DNA of 56,703 nucleotides from a virus (lineage: Duplodnaviria; Caudoviricetes): positions 1 through 56,703 of the IMG/VR virus record IMGVR_UViG_3300046836_000099; one strand, written 5' to 3'. Each line of letters opens with the position of its first letter. The first letter of the stretch is position 1. Shown in pieces: positions 8,350 through 17,421 of this stretch. Below the pieces are notes generated by a model. It did no database searches. It was given only the letters and a program-made list of their open reading frames with translations, and had not been told where the DNA came from. A program made the position numbers and the translations under genes.

Positions 8350-8772
8350 CGAGATTGCATCAATAGCGCATCCCTGCCTAAAAGCGATTAGAGTGCCTGA
8401 TGGATAGTGCCCATCTTCGCCATGAGAGCGTAATCGTTGCTCACGATGTTGACGCTACTGCGGCGATTAGGCTTGCGAGTGCGAGTGCCGACGGTGCGGA
8501 ACACTTTTGCATCGACCTTGTTCCCAGCATCGTCGAGCTTGTAGCTGATGCAGTTCGACGTTCCGGTGAATGGCTTGTGATCGAAGGTACGTTTGTCTGC
8601 CTTCGACGGTAGCCACCGTGCCGACACTCTTGTGTCAAGAGCCGTTACTGCACTCATTGCGCGAGCATCAGACCGGACGACGATTGCGTGATTGTTCTGC
8701 ATTGTGTCTCTCCTAAGTGAGTAGTTGTGCATGGACTCATTTTAGCAGAGATACGCTACTGATGCAATCTCG
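8350..8772. repeat. About 33-bp imperfect inverted repeat (8350-8383 / 8740-8772) flanking one gene
   Basis: CGAGATTGCATCAATAGCGCATCCCTGCCTAAAA vs TTTTAGCAGAGATACGCTACTGATGCAATCTCG. Confidence 0.85.
8388..8702 (-). CDS. Basic hypothetical protein (first gene of the leftward early unit)
   Basis: ATG at 8702 after AGGAGA RBS. Confidence 0.7.
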   Translation of the reverse strand: MQNNHAIVVRSDARAMSAVTALDTRVSARWLPSKADKRTFDHKPFTGTSNCISYKLDDAGNKVDAKVFRTVGTRTRKPNRRSSVNIVSNDYALMAKMGTIHQAL

Positions 8773-9281
8773 TTACTAATCCATCATGGAGACACACAAG
8801 GCGAGTGTCGAGGGTCAGCGTTCATAGAGTGGCTATTAGTTGCCGAAGCGATCACACGAGAGTGTGTCTCTATGATGGATTAGCAGCCGCGGGTTATCAG
8901 GCTTACGCATAACGCTGCTGAAATGGCCCGTATTTATAGTCGTTGCAGCTCGCTTGTGAGCGACCACTGTGCAGACTAGGTTAGGTGGCGCCCGCCTACG
9001 CCACGAATACGCGGGAGTGTTAACGAATTTAGAGTGTTTTTCGTCCTTGCCGCTTGCGCGGCCCTGCCCTACACAGACACTATAGGCCCGGCGCCAGGCG
9101 CAATGTTTTACCGTCCCCCACACGTAACTTTCGTAATTAAAGCTTTTTGTATAGTTAATGGTACTTATACCAAGGAGTCTAGTGAACTGCTATTGTGCCA
9201 GTGGGGGTAACGTAGATTTGATTTGCCTCAGTCTCGTTACCCCCATAACTTTATTTAAACAACAAAGGGTGGTAAATAGAA

Positions 9282-9608
9282 ATGGCTGTTACCATTACTG
9301 CACCTGTTCCGGTCACCCATTCAGGTGAAACCGATCCTGCGTTATATCCGCAGGTTATCGGTGGTTCAGCGTTCCCCGATATCGTCGGTGCTAATACTAC
9401 TTCTGGTGGTAGCATCAAGGTTACTATTAGTGCTCCCGAAGATGGAGTCCCGACTGTCTCCGTGTTTGTAACTGCTACGTTACTTGCATATACGACGGCA
9501 GGCAAGCTTGTGTATGTCCCTGACCTCCCTGGTCTTTATACCGTTACTGTGTTAGATGTTTCTGCCGCAGTTTCGGCTGTTACCACGATCGAAGTTCTCG
9601 AAGGCTAA
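9282..9608 (+). CDS. Putative virion protein (beta-rich, Ig-like)
   Basis: First rightward gene; AAAGGGTGG RBS; Thr/Val-rich with PGLYTVTV motif. Confidence 0.7.
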   Translation: MAVTITAPVPVTHSGETDPALYPQVIGGSAFPDIVGANTTSGGSIKVTISAPEDGVPTVSVFVTATLLAYTTAGKLVYVPDLPGLYTVTVLDVSAAVSAVTTIEVLEG

Positions 9609-9641
9609 TAGCCCTCCAACCTGTGGGGGGTTTAAATAACT

Positions 9642-9998
9642 ATGGCCGCCGACGAACAGAACCGCGATAAGGCGCTTAGAACATTACAAGCTGAAATCCT
9701 AAAGGAACAGCTTAAGTCTAAGGGTCTTGAAGAAGATAAGAAAGCTCTGATGCAAGAGTACGTTCTTGCTGACGATGTTGAAGCGCCTGAAAAGGTTAAG
9801 AAGAACATACGCGCTAGAATGCCTGCTGCGTTAGAGGCGATAGATGAAATACTTGCTACAGGTAATGATGGTGTACGTGCATCGCTGGCGAAGTGGATTG
9901 TTGATAGGGGTCTTGCGCCTGATTCGTTAGGTGGAGAAACTGGTGCTGATAGAGAGCTTAGTAAGTTGTTAGTAGAACTAAAAGCAAACGATGACTAA
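9642..9998 (+). CDS. Helical protein, candidate terminase small subunit
   Basis: AALEAIDEIL...VRASLAKWIVDRG resembles helical repeats of small terminase-like proteins; position near start of late operon. Confidence 0.45.
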   Translation: MAADEQNRDKALRTLQAEILKEQLKSKGLEEDKKALMQEYVLADDVEAPEKVKKNIRARMPAALEAIDEILATGNDGVRASLAKWIVDRGLAPDSLGGETGADRELSKLLVELKANDD

Positions 9999-10431
9999 CA
10001 ACCCTTACGCACCCACTGAGCAGGTAATGACTGGTACTGCTATCGGGCTTAAAGAAGCAGGTATATCGGAAGATCAGTTTATCTCTGCTGCACCGTTAGC
10101 AGCTTGCCGGTTATGTGGTGCTATATACCAAACACAGTTACACCGGAATCTTTACTGGTTCCGTCAGCAGGGTAAGAGTGATCCGCCGTTATTGTTGAAA
10201 AGGGTTTTAGACCTTAACACGAAATGGCGGGAACGGCACGCGAACGATATGCACACTCCTGCGGAAGTAGAAGCGTTTACTAAGACAGGATGGGCATTAA
10301 CGCCAGAAGCAGCAAATGTGCTAGCGCCGTATGGGATCATCCCACTCGGTAATCAGCATATAGACATAATGGACGCGCTGTATGAAAGTTCTAGAGCGCC
10401 TGACTTGACACACCTACAAGGTGGTGAGTAG
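9991..10431 (+). CDS. Hypothetical protein with CxxC...HxxxxH
   Basis: 146 aa; CRLCG motif. Confidence 0.75.
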   Translation: MTNNPYAPTEQVMTGTAIGLKEAGISEDQFISAAPLAACRLCGAIYQTQLHRNLYWFRQQGKSDPPLLLKRVLDLNTKWRERHANDMHTPAEVEAFTKTGWALTPEAANVLAPYGIIPLGNQHIDIMDALYESSRAPDLTHLQGGE

Positions 10432-10841
10432 TGAGTAAGCACGCTGAAATTATCTATGAGCCTGGCAGCAAGTCTGTTGTGTCTTATGAGACTGACGACG
10501 AGCTTAAGGCTGCTTTAAAGGAACAGCACAGTAGAGCTATTAGTGGTAACACTGGTGGCCCTGGTGGTGCTCCGGCAGAACGTATTAGTAAGGTTGTACT
10601 GTACGATAAGCACCCCGGCGATGATAACGGTGGTGTGGTCAGCGCGGCTAATGTGGGCACCCTGGTTAGTGAGATGACGCAGAGTGACGGGACGTTAAAT
10701 GCTAACCAACTGATTAGCGCGTTACGTGAAGAAATGTCGCCAACGTACCCGCAGGATCAGGGAGCGCATAACAGCATGTATAAGATGACGGGAACTGAGA
10801 TGGATATGGGGTTCTTGGACGATAGTAGCGGTGGCGCATAA
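10431..10841 (+). CDS. Hypothetical protein
   Basis: 136 aa; coupled to both neighbours. Confidence 0.75.
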   Translation: MSKHAEIIYEPGSKSVVSYETDDELKAALKEQHSRAISGNTGGPGGAPAERISKVVLYDKHPGDDNGGVVSAANVGTLVSEMTQSDGTLNANQLISALREEMSPTYPQDQGAHNSMYKMTGTEMDMGFLDDSSGGA

Positions 10842-11326
10842 TGGCTACTATTGTGTTCCAGCGGTGGACGGACCTACACCTTAACTACATCTTAGGTGCA
10901 TCGGCTACTATTGTACCTCCTGCTCCTTGGAAAATCTGCTTAAGTACAACGGCTGTAAGCTCGCTCGCACGTAACTCCGCTATCTCTGTTACGGTGACTG
11001 GTACTAACCTTAACGAGATTGGTTCTACTACAGCGGCAGGATACGCTCGGCAGAGTATTGCAGCTACTATCGGAACTGGCTCAATTGACTGGGTGGCGAG
11101 TTCGTTCGATAACACCCTTTCTACTGGTGGTACATCAATGGCTGGCGATCAGGTAACGTTTACGTTTACTGGTACGCCCTCGCCAGGTGCTACTAATAGC
11201 TGGTTTATGGGTGACGGTACTACGATCAACGCTGGTCAGATTTACGTTGCAGCAGATACGGCAGCTACACGTAACTTTGCCAACGGTGATACGGAGAAGG
11301 TCACTCCTACGTTGAAGTCTGGTTAA
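10841..11326 (+). CDS. Putative minor virion/fibre-associated protein
   Basis: E..TTAAGYARQSI...QVTFTFTG...GDTEKVT pattern typical of small actinophage structural proteins. Confidence 0.7.
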   Translation: MATIVFQRWTDLHLNYILGASATIVPPAPWKICLSTTAVSSLARNSAISVTVTGTNLNEIGSTTAAGYARQSIAATIGTGSIDWVASSFDNTLSTGGTSMAGDQVTFTFTGTPSPGATNSWFMGDGTTINAGQIYVAADTAATRNFANGDTEKVTPTLKSG

Positions 11327-11334
11327 TACTGACC

Positions 11335-11386
11335 GTAGTGGTTGGGGTTGTGGCGTTGCTTAATAGCGCGCCACTTCCCGAACTAC
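11335..11386 (+). other. Intergenic imperfect hairpin between stop codon and RBS
   Basis: GTAGT..GGGG..GTGGCG..GCT TAAT AGC.CGCCAC..CCCG.ACTAC. Confidence 0.55.
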
Positions 11387-11403
11387 TTTGAAAGGACTAC
11401 ATT

Positions 11404-11574
11404 GTGCCGATAGATCAAGCAATTTACTTCACGCCGGTCTGCGATGACAACTGTGGGTGGGCTGGTAATGCTACCCCGAATGAATCACACGCTAAAGAGT
11501 CTTTAGAGCATCATATGGCTGCTCATGCAGCCGGCGAGATACCAGAGTTAGATGAACTTGGCAATACTGTCTAA
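11404..11574 (+). CDS. Small C2H2 zinc-finger-like protein, 56 aa
   Basis: GTG after GAAAGGA; CDDNC...HHMAAH; TAATG overlap with next gene. Confidence 0.65.
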   Translation: MPIDQAIYFTPVCDDNCGWAGNATPNESHAKESLEHHMAAHAAGEIPELDELGNTV

Positions 11575-12053
11575 TGGCTGACGTTAAAACAGCATATGGT
11601 ACTGGCGGCGTAGCAATTACGTGTACTTTAGCCAGTCTTGCTATCAGTTCTTACCGAGAATCGACGGCTGTAGACAATACTACTAACCTTTGGCTAGATG
11701 CTCTGGTTTCTATGGGTGTTAAGCTACAAGCTGGTACTCCTGCGAACGATAAGGCTGTCTACGTTTACTGTGCTGGTTCAATCGACGGCACAACTTGGGG
11801 CGATGCTGTAACTGGTTCTGATGCAGCAATTACACCTAACGCTCCTATTAACTTAAAATTGCTTGGAGCTATTTGGGCACCTACATCTGCTGGTACATTT
11901 GAGGCTGGTCCTTGGTCTGTTGCTAGTGTGTTTGGCGGAGTAATGCCAAAGAAATGGTCCATCGTTGTATGGAACCGTACTGGTATAGCTCTCGATTCAA
12001 CTGAGGGCAACCACTACAAGCTCTATACCGGAGTTTATTCTACGGTTCTGTAG
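11574..12053 (+). CDS. Putative virion structural protein (beta-sandwich)
   Basis: 159 aa; YVYCAGSIDGTTW, PKKWSIVVWNRTG motifs; late-operon context. Confidence 0.7.
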   Translation: MADVKTAYGTGGVAITCTLASLAISSYRESTAVDNTTNLWLDALVSMGVKLQAGTPANDKAVYVYCAGSIDGTTWGDAVTGSDAAITPNAPINLKLLGAIWAPTSAGTFEAGPWSVASVFGGVMPKKWSIVVWNRTGIALDSTEGNHYKLYTGVYSTVL

Positions 12054-12056
12054 ACC

Positions 12057-13115
12057 ATGCCAGTTGCGCTAAAACACGTAGCTGGTAGGTTCGATGGTAA
12101 TACACCTATTGTAAATAGGGCGCATCCACTTGGCCGAAATCTTGACTTCGCTGTAGCTCAACAGTTACAGGGTGGTCATATGATGGACCTTGCTAATGGT
12201 ATTAGTAGCTTCCCAGGTTCACAAGGTTATTCTGAATCTGGTACGGCTTCTCCATTTCCATCGGAACATGGTAGTAACTGGGCCGGCGGTGTTAGAGGTA
12301 AAAATGGTCCAGTTGTATTTCCTGATGCATGGCCTTATCATCAGCCACCTAATCAGTTTCCATTTGCACTTGGATTTTTGTGGCAGATATATGGTGGAAC
12401 ACTTGGCTCTCAAGATGTGTATAATTGTGGTAAGTCACAATTAAGCGGAAACCAGAGTGGTATACGTGTTACCCTTCAAGGGAGTTCAAATAGATTTGCT
12501 TTTGCTATAGGTGATGGTACTGGTACTGCTACGACTGACGTTAAACAGTGGCAGGTACCTTATACATTCATTAACGGTGTTACATCAGGTACTAGCGATC
12601 AAGGTAGTTTTCTTTGGGTATTTAGAAGCTTAACAGATGTGTCGGCTTACTTGAATGGTATAGATGTTTCTAGTACATTCACTTTTACTGGAACTGGTAC
12701 TGTTTGGGGTGAAGTCGGTAATCCTGTTGAACCTGCTATTGGTTGTGTAGCTCAGGTCGGTGGTTCACCTGGGCAGATTTGGGGTGCAAACGTTTGTCCT
12801 CTAGTTTGTAAATGGAGTGACAATTTAAGCGACCAGGACGCGATGAACTTTCATGCGAATCCGTTTGAAATGTTCTCTACCCGTCCTCGCATAATTAAGC
12901 TTCCGCCACCGCCTCAGAACTATACTGATTCTGCCACACTTGCAGTTAAGTCTGTTCCTGGTGGTATCGAAGGATTATCACCACAAGACGGTTATCCTAT
13001 CTCCGATGTTTCTGCTGGTTCGTGGACGGCTTCTGGTGGAGGCACGTTATGGGATAAGATAGATGAAGAGCCTATCAGCGATACAGACTACATACAGTCT
13101 GACGCTGCACACTAA
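12057..13115 (+). CDS. LamG/concanavalin-like lectin-domain virion protein
   Basis: NRAHPLGRNL start, SAYLNG, W..LS.......NPFEMF end of a LamG-like domain. Confidence 0.65.
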   Translation: MPVALKHVAGRFDGNTPIVNRAHPLGRNLDFAVAQQLQGGHMMDLANGISSFPGSQGYSESGTASPFPSEHGSNWAGGVRGKNGPVVFPDAWPYHQPPNQFPFALGFLWQIYGGTLGSQDVYNCGKSQLSGNQSGIRVTLQGSSNRFAFAIGDGTGTATTDVKQWQVPYTFINGVTSGTSDQGSFLWVFRSLTDVSAYLNGIDVSSTFTFTGTGTVWGEVGNPVEPAIGCVAQVGGSPGQIWGANVCPLVCKWSDNLSDQDAMNFHANPFEMFSTRPRIIKLPPPPQNYTDSATLAVKSVPGGIEGLSPQDGYPISDVSAGSWTASGGGTLWDKIDEEPISDTDYIQSDAAH

Positions 13116-13120
13116 TATAA

Positions 13121-16100
13121 ATGCCACTTACTCCAACATTTAGAGCAGCCGGTACTTGGTCGTTTACGGCTAACAGTGTAGCGACCCCATTTACTTGTAC
13201 GCCTGGCGCTCCTGCTGGTAAAGCTGTTGGGGATTTACTCGTTCTTGTTTGTGAGTCTCGCAGTATTACTGCTACTGTTGCGACGCCTACAGGTTGGACG
13301 CTAGTAACAGGATTCCCGAAAAGATCGGGTACTGCATCTGGCGGTACGTTCTATGTGTTTGTTAGAATTGCTGATGGTACTGCGACAGATACACCTTCGC
13401 CTGTATGGACTGGTTTAACTACTGGTACTTCTGGTGATGCTTCTGGTGCTGGTATTCTTGCATTTACTAACGCTACAATAACGCTAGACGGTACTGTATC
13501 TTCTAGCGACCTTTCAGCACAAACTACAACGTCTGTCATTCCTGCCTTTACATCAGCCAACTATGGCGCTCTCGTTTTAGGTATGGCAATGAAGCTGAAT
13601 GAATCTTCTGGTCAAACTTCTACTGTTGCTACATTTACTGAGGATTCTGACAACAACACAACGAGTGGTACTGGTCACGTTCTTGAAACTTCCCATTTAT
13701 TTACAACGAATCCGGGAAGCTCTGGTACTGCAACTGTTACGTGGTCTATCACAACTTCTGCTCGCGCACTAGCGGTTAGCCTAGCTCTACAAGCTACATC
13801 TACAACTACAACCGATGCTGCAACTATTGGTAGTGTATCTGCTGTTAGTGCAGTTGAAGTACATGAGATTCCTGATAGTGCTACTGTTGCAAGTGTAACT
13901 GCCGTTAGTGCTACGGAAACGTATACCGCTGCTACAGCTACGACTATCTATCGTACTGCGTTAACATCGACTTTAAACACTCCGCTACAAAACACACCAT
14001 CCACTCTACTGGTCAGAGCACGCAAAGTCAATGCTACTGATTCAGGTACATTAGATGTAAGGATTTATGAAGCGGGAACACTACGAGAAGGTCCTTACAG
14101 TATTAGACTGGTAGACCAATTTGCACTTGATTTGCACTCGTTCAGTGTAAGTCCATTCACTACGTTCAATGATGTAGAAGTAACGTTTCAAGGTGTCGCT
14201 GATCCTGGCGGTGCGTTGACAGTTCAGGTTAGCTCAGTCAAGCTAGAAATACCGAAAGCTTCTGCAACTACATTCAACTACACCGACTCTGCGACGATTC
14301 CCGTCGTTACGAGCCTCTCTGCCACGGACGTTGCAGCAGATGTAGAATCAGCAACTATATCAAGTAAGACAACTCCATCTGCGCTAGATGTTGCAGCAGA
14401 TGTTGAAGCGGCTACTATCAGTTCCGTTACCTCACTCACGTTCGTTGAGGTAACTCCACCAGATTCCGCTACTATCAGTAGCGTTACAACTCCGTCTGCT
14501 ACAGACGTTGCAGCTTACGTAGAAGCCTCTACTATTAGCGGTGTAACTACGCCTAGCGCAACTGACATAGCAGCAGACCTAGAAGCGGCTACAATATCGA
14601 GTGTTACTTCAATTACGTTTGTTGAGGTAACACCGCCTGACGCAGCTACAGTTTCCAGCGTAACAAGTCTGACGGCTGTAGAACTGCATGAGATATCTGA
14701 TGCAGCTACTATCGCAAGTGTAACAAGTTTAACCTACACGGAAACTGCTCAGTATGTAGAATCCGCTACCCTTAGTAGTAAGACTACTCCGTCAAGTACG
14801 GACGTAGCTGCATACGTAGATCAGCAAACAGTAGCCGGCGTTACTAGCTTATCTGCGCTAGACGTAGCTGCATACTTAGACGCTGCTACAGTGGCAGGAG
14901 TTACTACACCTTCTGCGACGGATATAGCTGCTTTCGTTGAAGCTGCAACTGTTGCAGGTGTTACGTCAGTATCGGCTCTTGAAGAGCATGATATCTTTGA
15001 CGCGGCTACTATTGCAAGTGTAACAAGTCTTTCCGCGATAGAGACAGCACAGTATGTAGAGAGTGCTACGCTTAGCAGCGTAACTAGCTTGACCTACACA
15101 GAGGTAGTTGCTGATATCGAGGCAGCTACCATCGCAGGAGTAACAACTCCGTCTAGTGCTGACATTGCGGCCTATGTAGAGTCTGCAACTATTACAAGCG
15201 TCACGACGCCTAGCGGTGTAGATATCCCATCGCATGTATATCTAGACTCCGCTACTATTTCTAGCGTGACTAGCTTGACTAGTGTAGATGTTGCTGCTTA
15301 CGTTGAAACATCTACAGTGAGTGGTGTTACCACTCCATCTAGTACAGACATTATGGCTGTTTCTGAGGCAGCTACAGTCGCCGGCGTAACTACACCTAGT
15401 GGCGTAGATATTGCACAGTATTCAGACGAGGCTTATCGAGTAGCTATCAGCGATACGTTTACTAGGTCAATTGGATTAGGCTCAGGATGGGGTTCACCGG
15501 ATCAAGGCCCGGCTTATACGTATCCTAACGGTGGATCAACTAAATTCGGCGTCAATGGTACTCAAGGCCAAATGGCGATTGATGTTGCCAACAGCGTTAG
15601 AATGGTATTTGTTGATACCGGGGCTATTGATGAAGAAGTTACTTTCGAGTTTACGATGCCTACGCAGGATACTGCTCAAACTCAGCAGTTCTACGTCATA
15701 GCGCGAGGAACTGACCTAAATAACTTCTACGCACTCAGACTTGCTCAAACTATTACTAACGGTGGTGCATTAGCATTAGCCAAGCGTGTAGCTAGTGTTC
15801 AGAGTGACTCTCTCGTTGTGTTTAACATATCAAGTGGTACGCTTGTCCCTGGTAGTCAATACTGGCTTAAGCTGGCTGTCATCGGTTCTAGGTTATTTGG
15901 TAAGTATTGGCTTGATGGTTCTACTGAACCTGGGTGGTTAGTACAGATAACTGATACTGACTTGACTACGGGGACTAATGCAGGCTTCCGTGGTTTCGTT
16001 CCTACCGGCTCTACCGTACTGCCTACAATACTACTCGACAATCTCACTGTAAAACAGGCCACAACTGCTGATTTCATCACTAGTATCACTACTGTTTCTG

Positions 16101-17149
16101 CTCTAGAAGAACACGATATACCTGATAGTGCAACTATCTCGTCAAAGACAACTCCTTCTGCTACTGAAACAGCCCAATATGTTGAGTCGAGCACTATCGC
16201 AAGTGTTACATCTGTATCGGCGCTGGAAGAACATGATATATTCGATTCTGCGACGATATCTAGCGTTACAACGGTATCTGGTACTGATGTTTATACCCCT
16301 GCCGTTAGTAACACCGATGCTGCTACAATAGCGTCTAAAACGTCAATTACTACTGTTGATACAGCTCAGTACATCGAAAGCTCTATTGTAGCCGGTATTA
16401 CGACTCCATCGGCTACTGACGTAGCTGCAACGCTTGAAGCTGCGACGATTACGGGTAAGACGACTCCGAGCGCAACTGACGTTGCTGCATACGTCGAGTC
16501 TGCTACATTAAGCAGTAAAACTACTCTTTCATCCACAGATGTTTCCACAGGTGTTGATAGTTCTACTGGCGCTATAGTTACTACTCCTAGTAGCACAGAC
16601 TTTGCAGCCTATGTAGAGAGCAGCACAATTAACGGTGTAACCACTCCAAGCGGCGTAGATATCTTCCCCACCATCAATCTAGATGCTGGTACTTGCACAA
16701 CAAAGACGACGATCACACCTGTGGAGATTTATGCAGGAATAGACGCCGCAAATCTTAGTACGATTACGTCTATAACATACAGTGACTTCACAGCCGGCGC
16801 AGATAGCAATACTGTGTCGAGTGCGTCTAGTGCATTCTCGACTGATACTGCTAGTTACGCTGAATCTGTAACGTTCACAAGCATTACGTATGTATCGGCT
16901 ATTGAACAGTACGTACCGGCTCCTACATTCCAAGATGCTGCCACTGTTACGAGCAAAACGTACATTGGCGCTACTACAGAGTATGGCCCTATCACGGTAG
17001 ATCGCTTTGTAGGGTTCTTAACGAGTAGATGGATTAGTGGTGGTATGGTTGCTAGATTCAATTCGACGACAACGAGCAAACGTTGGATTAGTACAGAGTT
17101 TGTCATTAACCGACTAGTCGGGATGGTGAGGTCGAAGTGGACAACTTAA
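13121..17149 (+). CDS. Large Thr/Ser/Ala-rich fibre protein with about 35 20-aa repeats and embedded beta-sandwich domains
   Basis: 1342 aa; repeat consensus (D/E)(S/A)ATISSVTTPSATDVAAYV. Confidence 0.85.
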   Translation: MPLTPTFRAAGTWSFTANSVATPFTCTPGAPAGKAVGDLLVLVCESRSITATVATPTGWTLVTGFPKRSGTASGGTFYVFVRIADGTATDTPSPVWTGLTTGTSGDASGAGILAFTNATITLDGTVSSSDLSAQTTTSVIPAFTSANYGALVLGMAMKLNESSGQTSTVATFTEDSDNNTTSGTGHVLETSHLFTTNPGSSGTATVTWSITTSARALAVSLALQATSTTTTDAATIGSVSAVSAVEVHEIPDSATVASVTAVSATETYTAATATTIYRTALTSTLNTPLQNTPSTLLVRARKVNATDSGTLDVRIYEAGTLREGPYSIRLVDQFALDLHSFSVSPFTTFNDVEVTFQGVADPGGALTVQVSSVKLEIPKASATTFNYTDSATIPVVTSLSATDVAADVESATISSKTTPSALDVAADVEAATISSVTSLTFVEVTPPDSATISSVTTPSATDVAAYVEASTISGVTTPSATDIAADLEAATISSVTSITFVEVTPPDAATVSSVTSLTAVELHEISDAATIASVTSLTYTETAQYVESATLSSKTTPSSTDVAAYVDQQTVAGVTSLSALDVAAYLDAATVAGVTTPSATDIAAFVEAATVAGVTSVSALEEHDIFDAATIASVTSLSAIETAQYVESATLSSVTSLTYTEVVADIEAATIAGVTTPSSADIAAYVESATITSVTTPSGVDIPSHVYLDSATISSVTSLTSVDVAAYVETSTVSGVTTPSSTDIMAVSEAATVAGVTTPSGVDIAQYSDEAYRVAISDTFTRSIGLGSGWGSPDQGPAYTYPNGGSTKFGVNGTQGQMAIDVANSVRMVFVDTGAIDEEVTFEFTMPTQDTAQTQQFYVIARGTDLNNFYALRLAQTITNGGALALAKRVASVQSDSLVVFNISSGTLVPGSQYWLKLAVIGSRLFGKYWLDGSTEPGWLVQITDTDLTTGTNAGFRGFVPTGSTVLPTILLDNLTVKQATTADFITSITTVSALEEHDIPDSATISSKTTPSATETAQYVESSTIASVTSVSALEEHDIFDSATISSVTTVSGTDVYTPAVSNTDAATIASKTSITTVDTAQYIESSIVAGITTPSATDVAATLEAATITGKTTPSATDVAAYVESATLSSKTTLSSTDVSTGVDSSTGAIVTTPSSTDFAAYVESSTINGVTTPSGVDIFPTINLDAGTCTTKTTITPVEIYAGIDAANLSTITSITYSDFTAGADSNTVSSASSAFSTDTASYAESVTFTSITYVSAIEQYVPAPTFQDAATVTSKTYIGATTEYGPITVDRFVGFLTSRWISGGMVARFNSTTTSKRWISTEFVINRLVGMVRSKWTT
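14285..16980 (+). repeat. Degenerate 60-nt/20-aa coding tandem repeats, interrupted at about 15425-16065 by a lectin-like domain
   Basis: Visible directly in the translation. Confidence 0.85.
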
Positions 17150-17421
17150 ATGTCGGAACTAAGGAGACTGTATCGGTCAACTTAGAGGATCGTTTAGATA
17201 CGATAACTGATTTGAGTTCTTATGCAGTTAGTTATCGTGTAGCCAACGATGACGGTACTGATAAGGTTCCGTGGGCTACGGTAGCTGGCGTTACACTTAT
17301 GAGAGTTGATGTACTGCTAGATACGACTGGATGGGATACAGCTCATTACGAGCTTTATGTCCGTCCTACTATTGGGAGCGAAATGCCCATCTTAGGGCCG
17401 TTCGATTTTAATGTCATCTAA
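17137..17421 (+). CDS. Small Ig-like virion protein (possible fibre anchor)
   Basis: 94 aa, beta-rich; follows the fibre gene. Confidence 0.6.
   Translation: MDNLNVGTKETVSVNLEDRLDTITDLSSYAVSYRVANDDGTDKVPWATVAGVTLMRVDVLLDTTGWDTAHYELYVRPTIGSEMPILGPFDFNVI

Noticed and set aside
8350-8772. IS/MITE with terminal inverted repeats
   Set aside because: Enclosed ORF lacks transposase motifs, no target duplication was seen, and the mismatches favour RNA pairing
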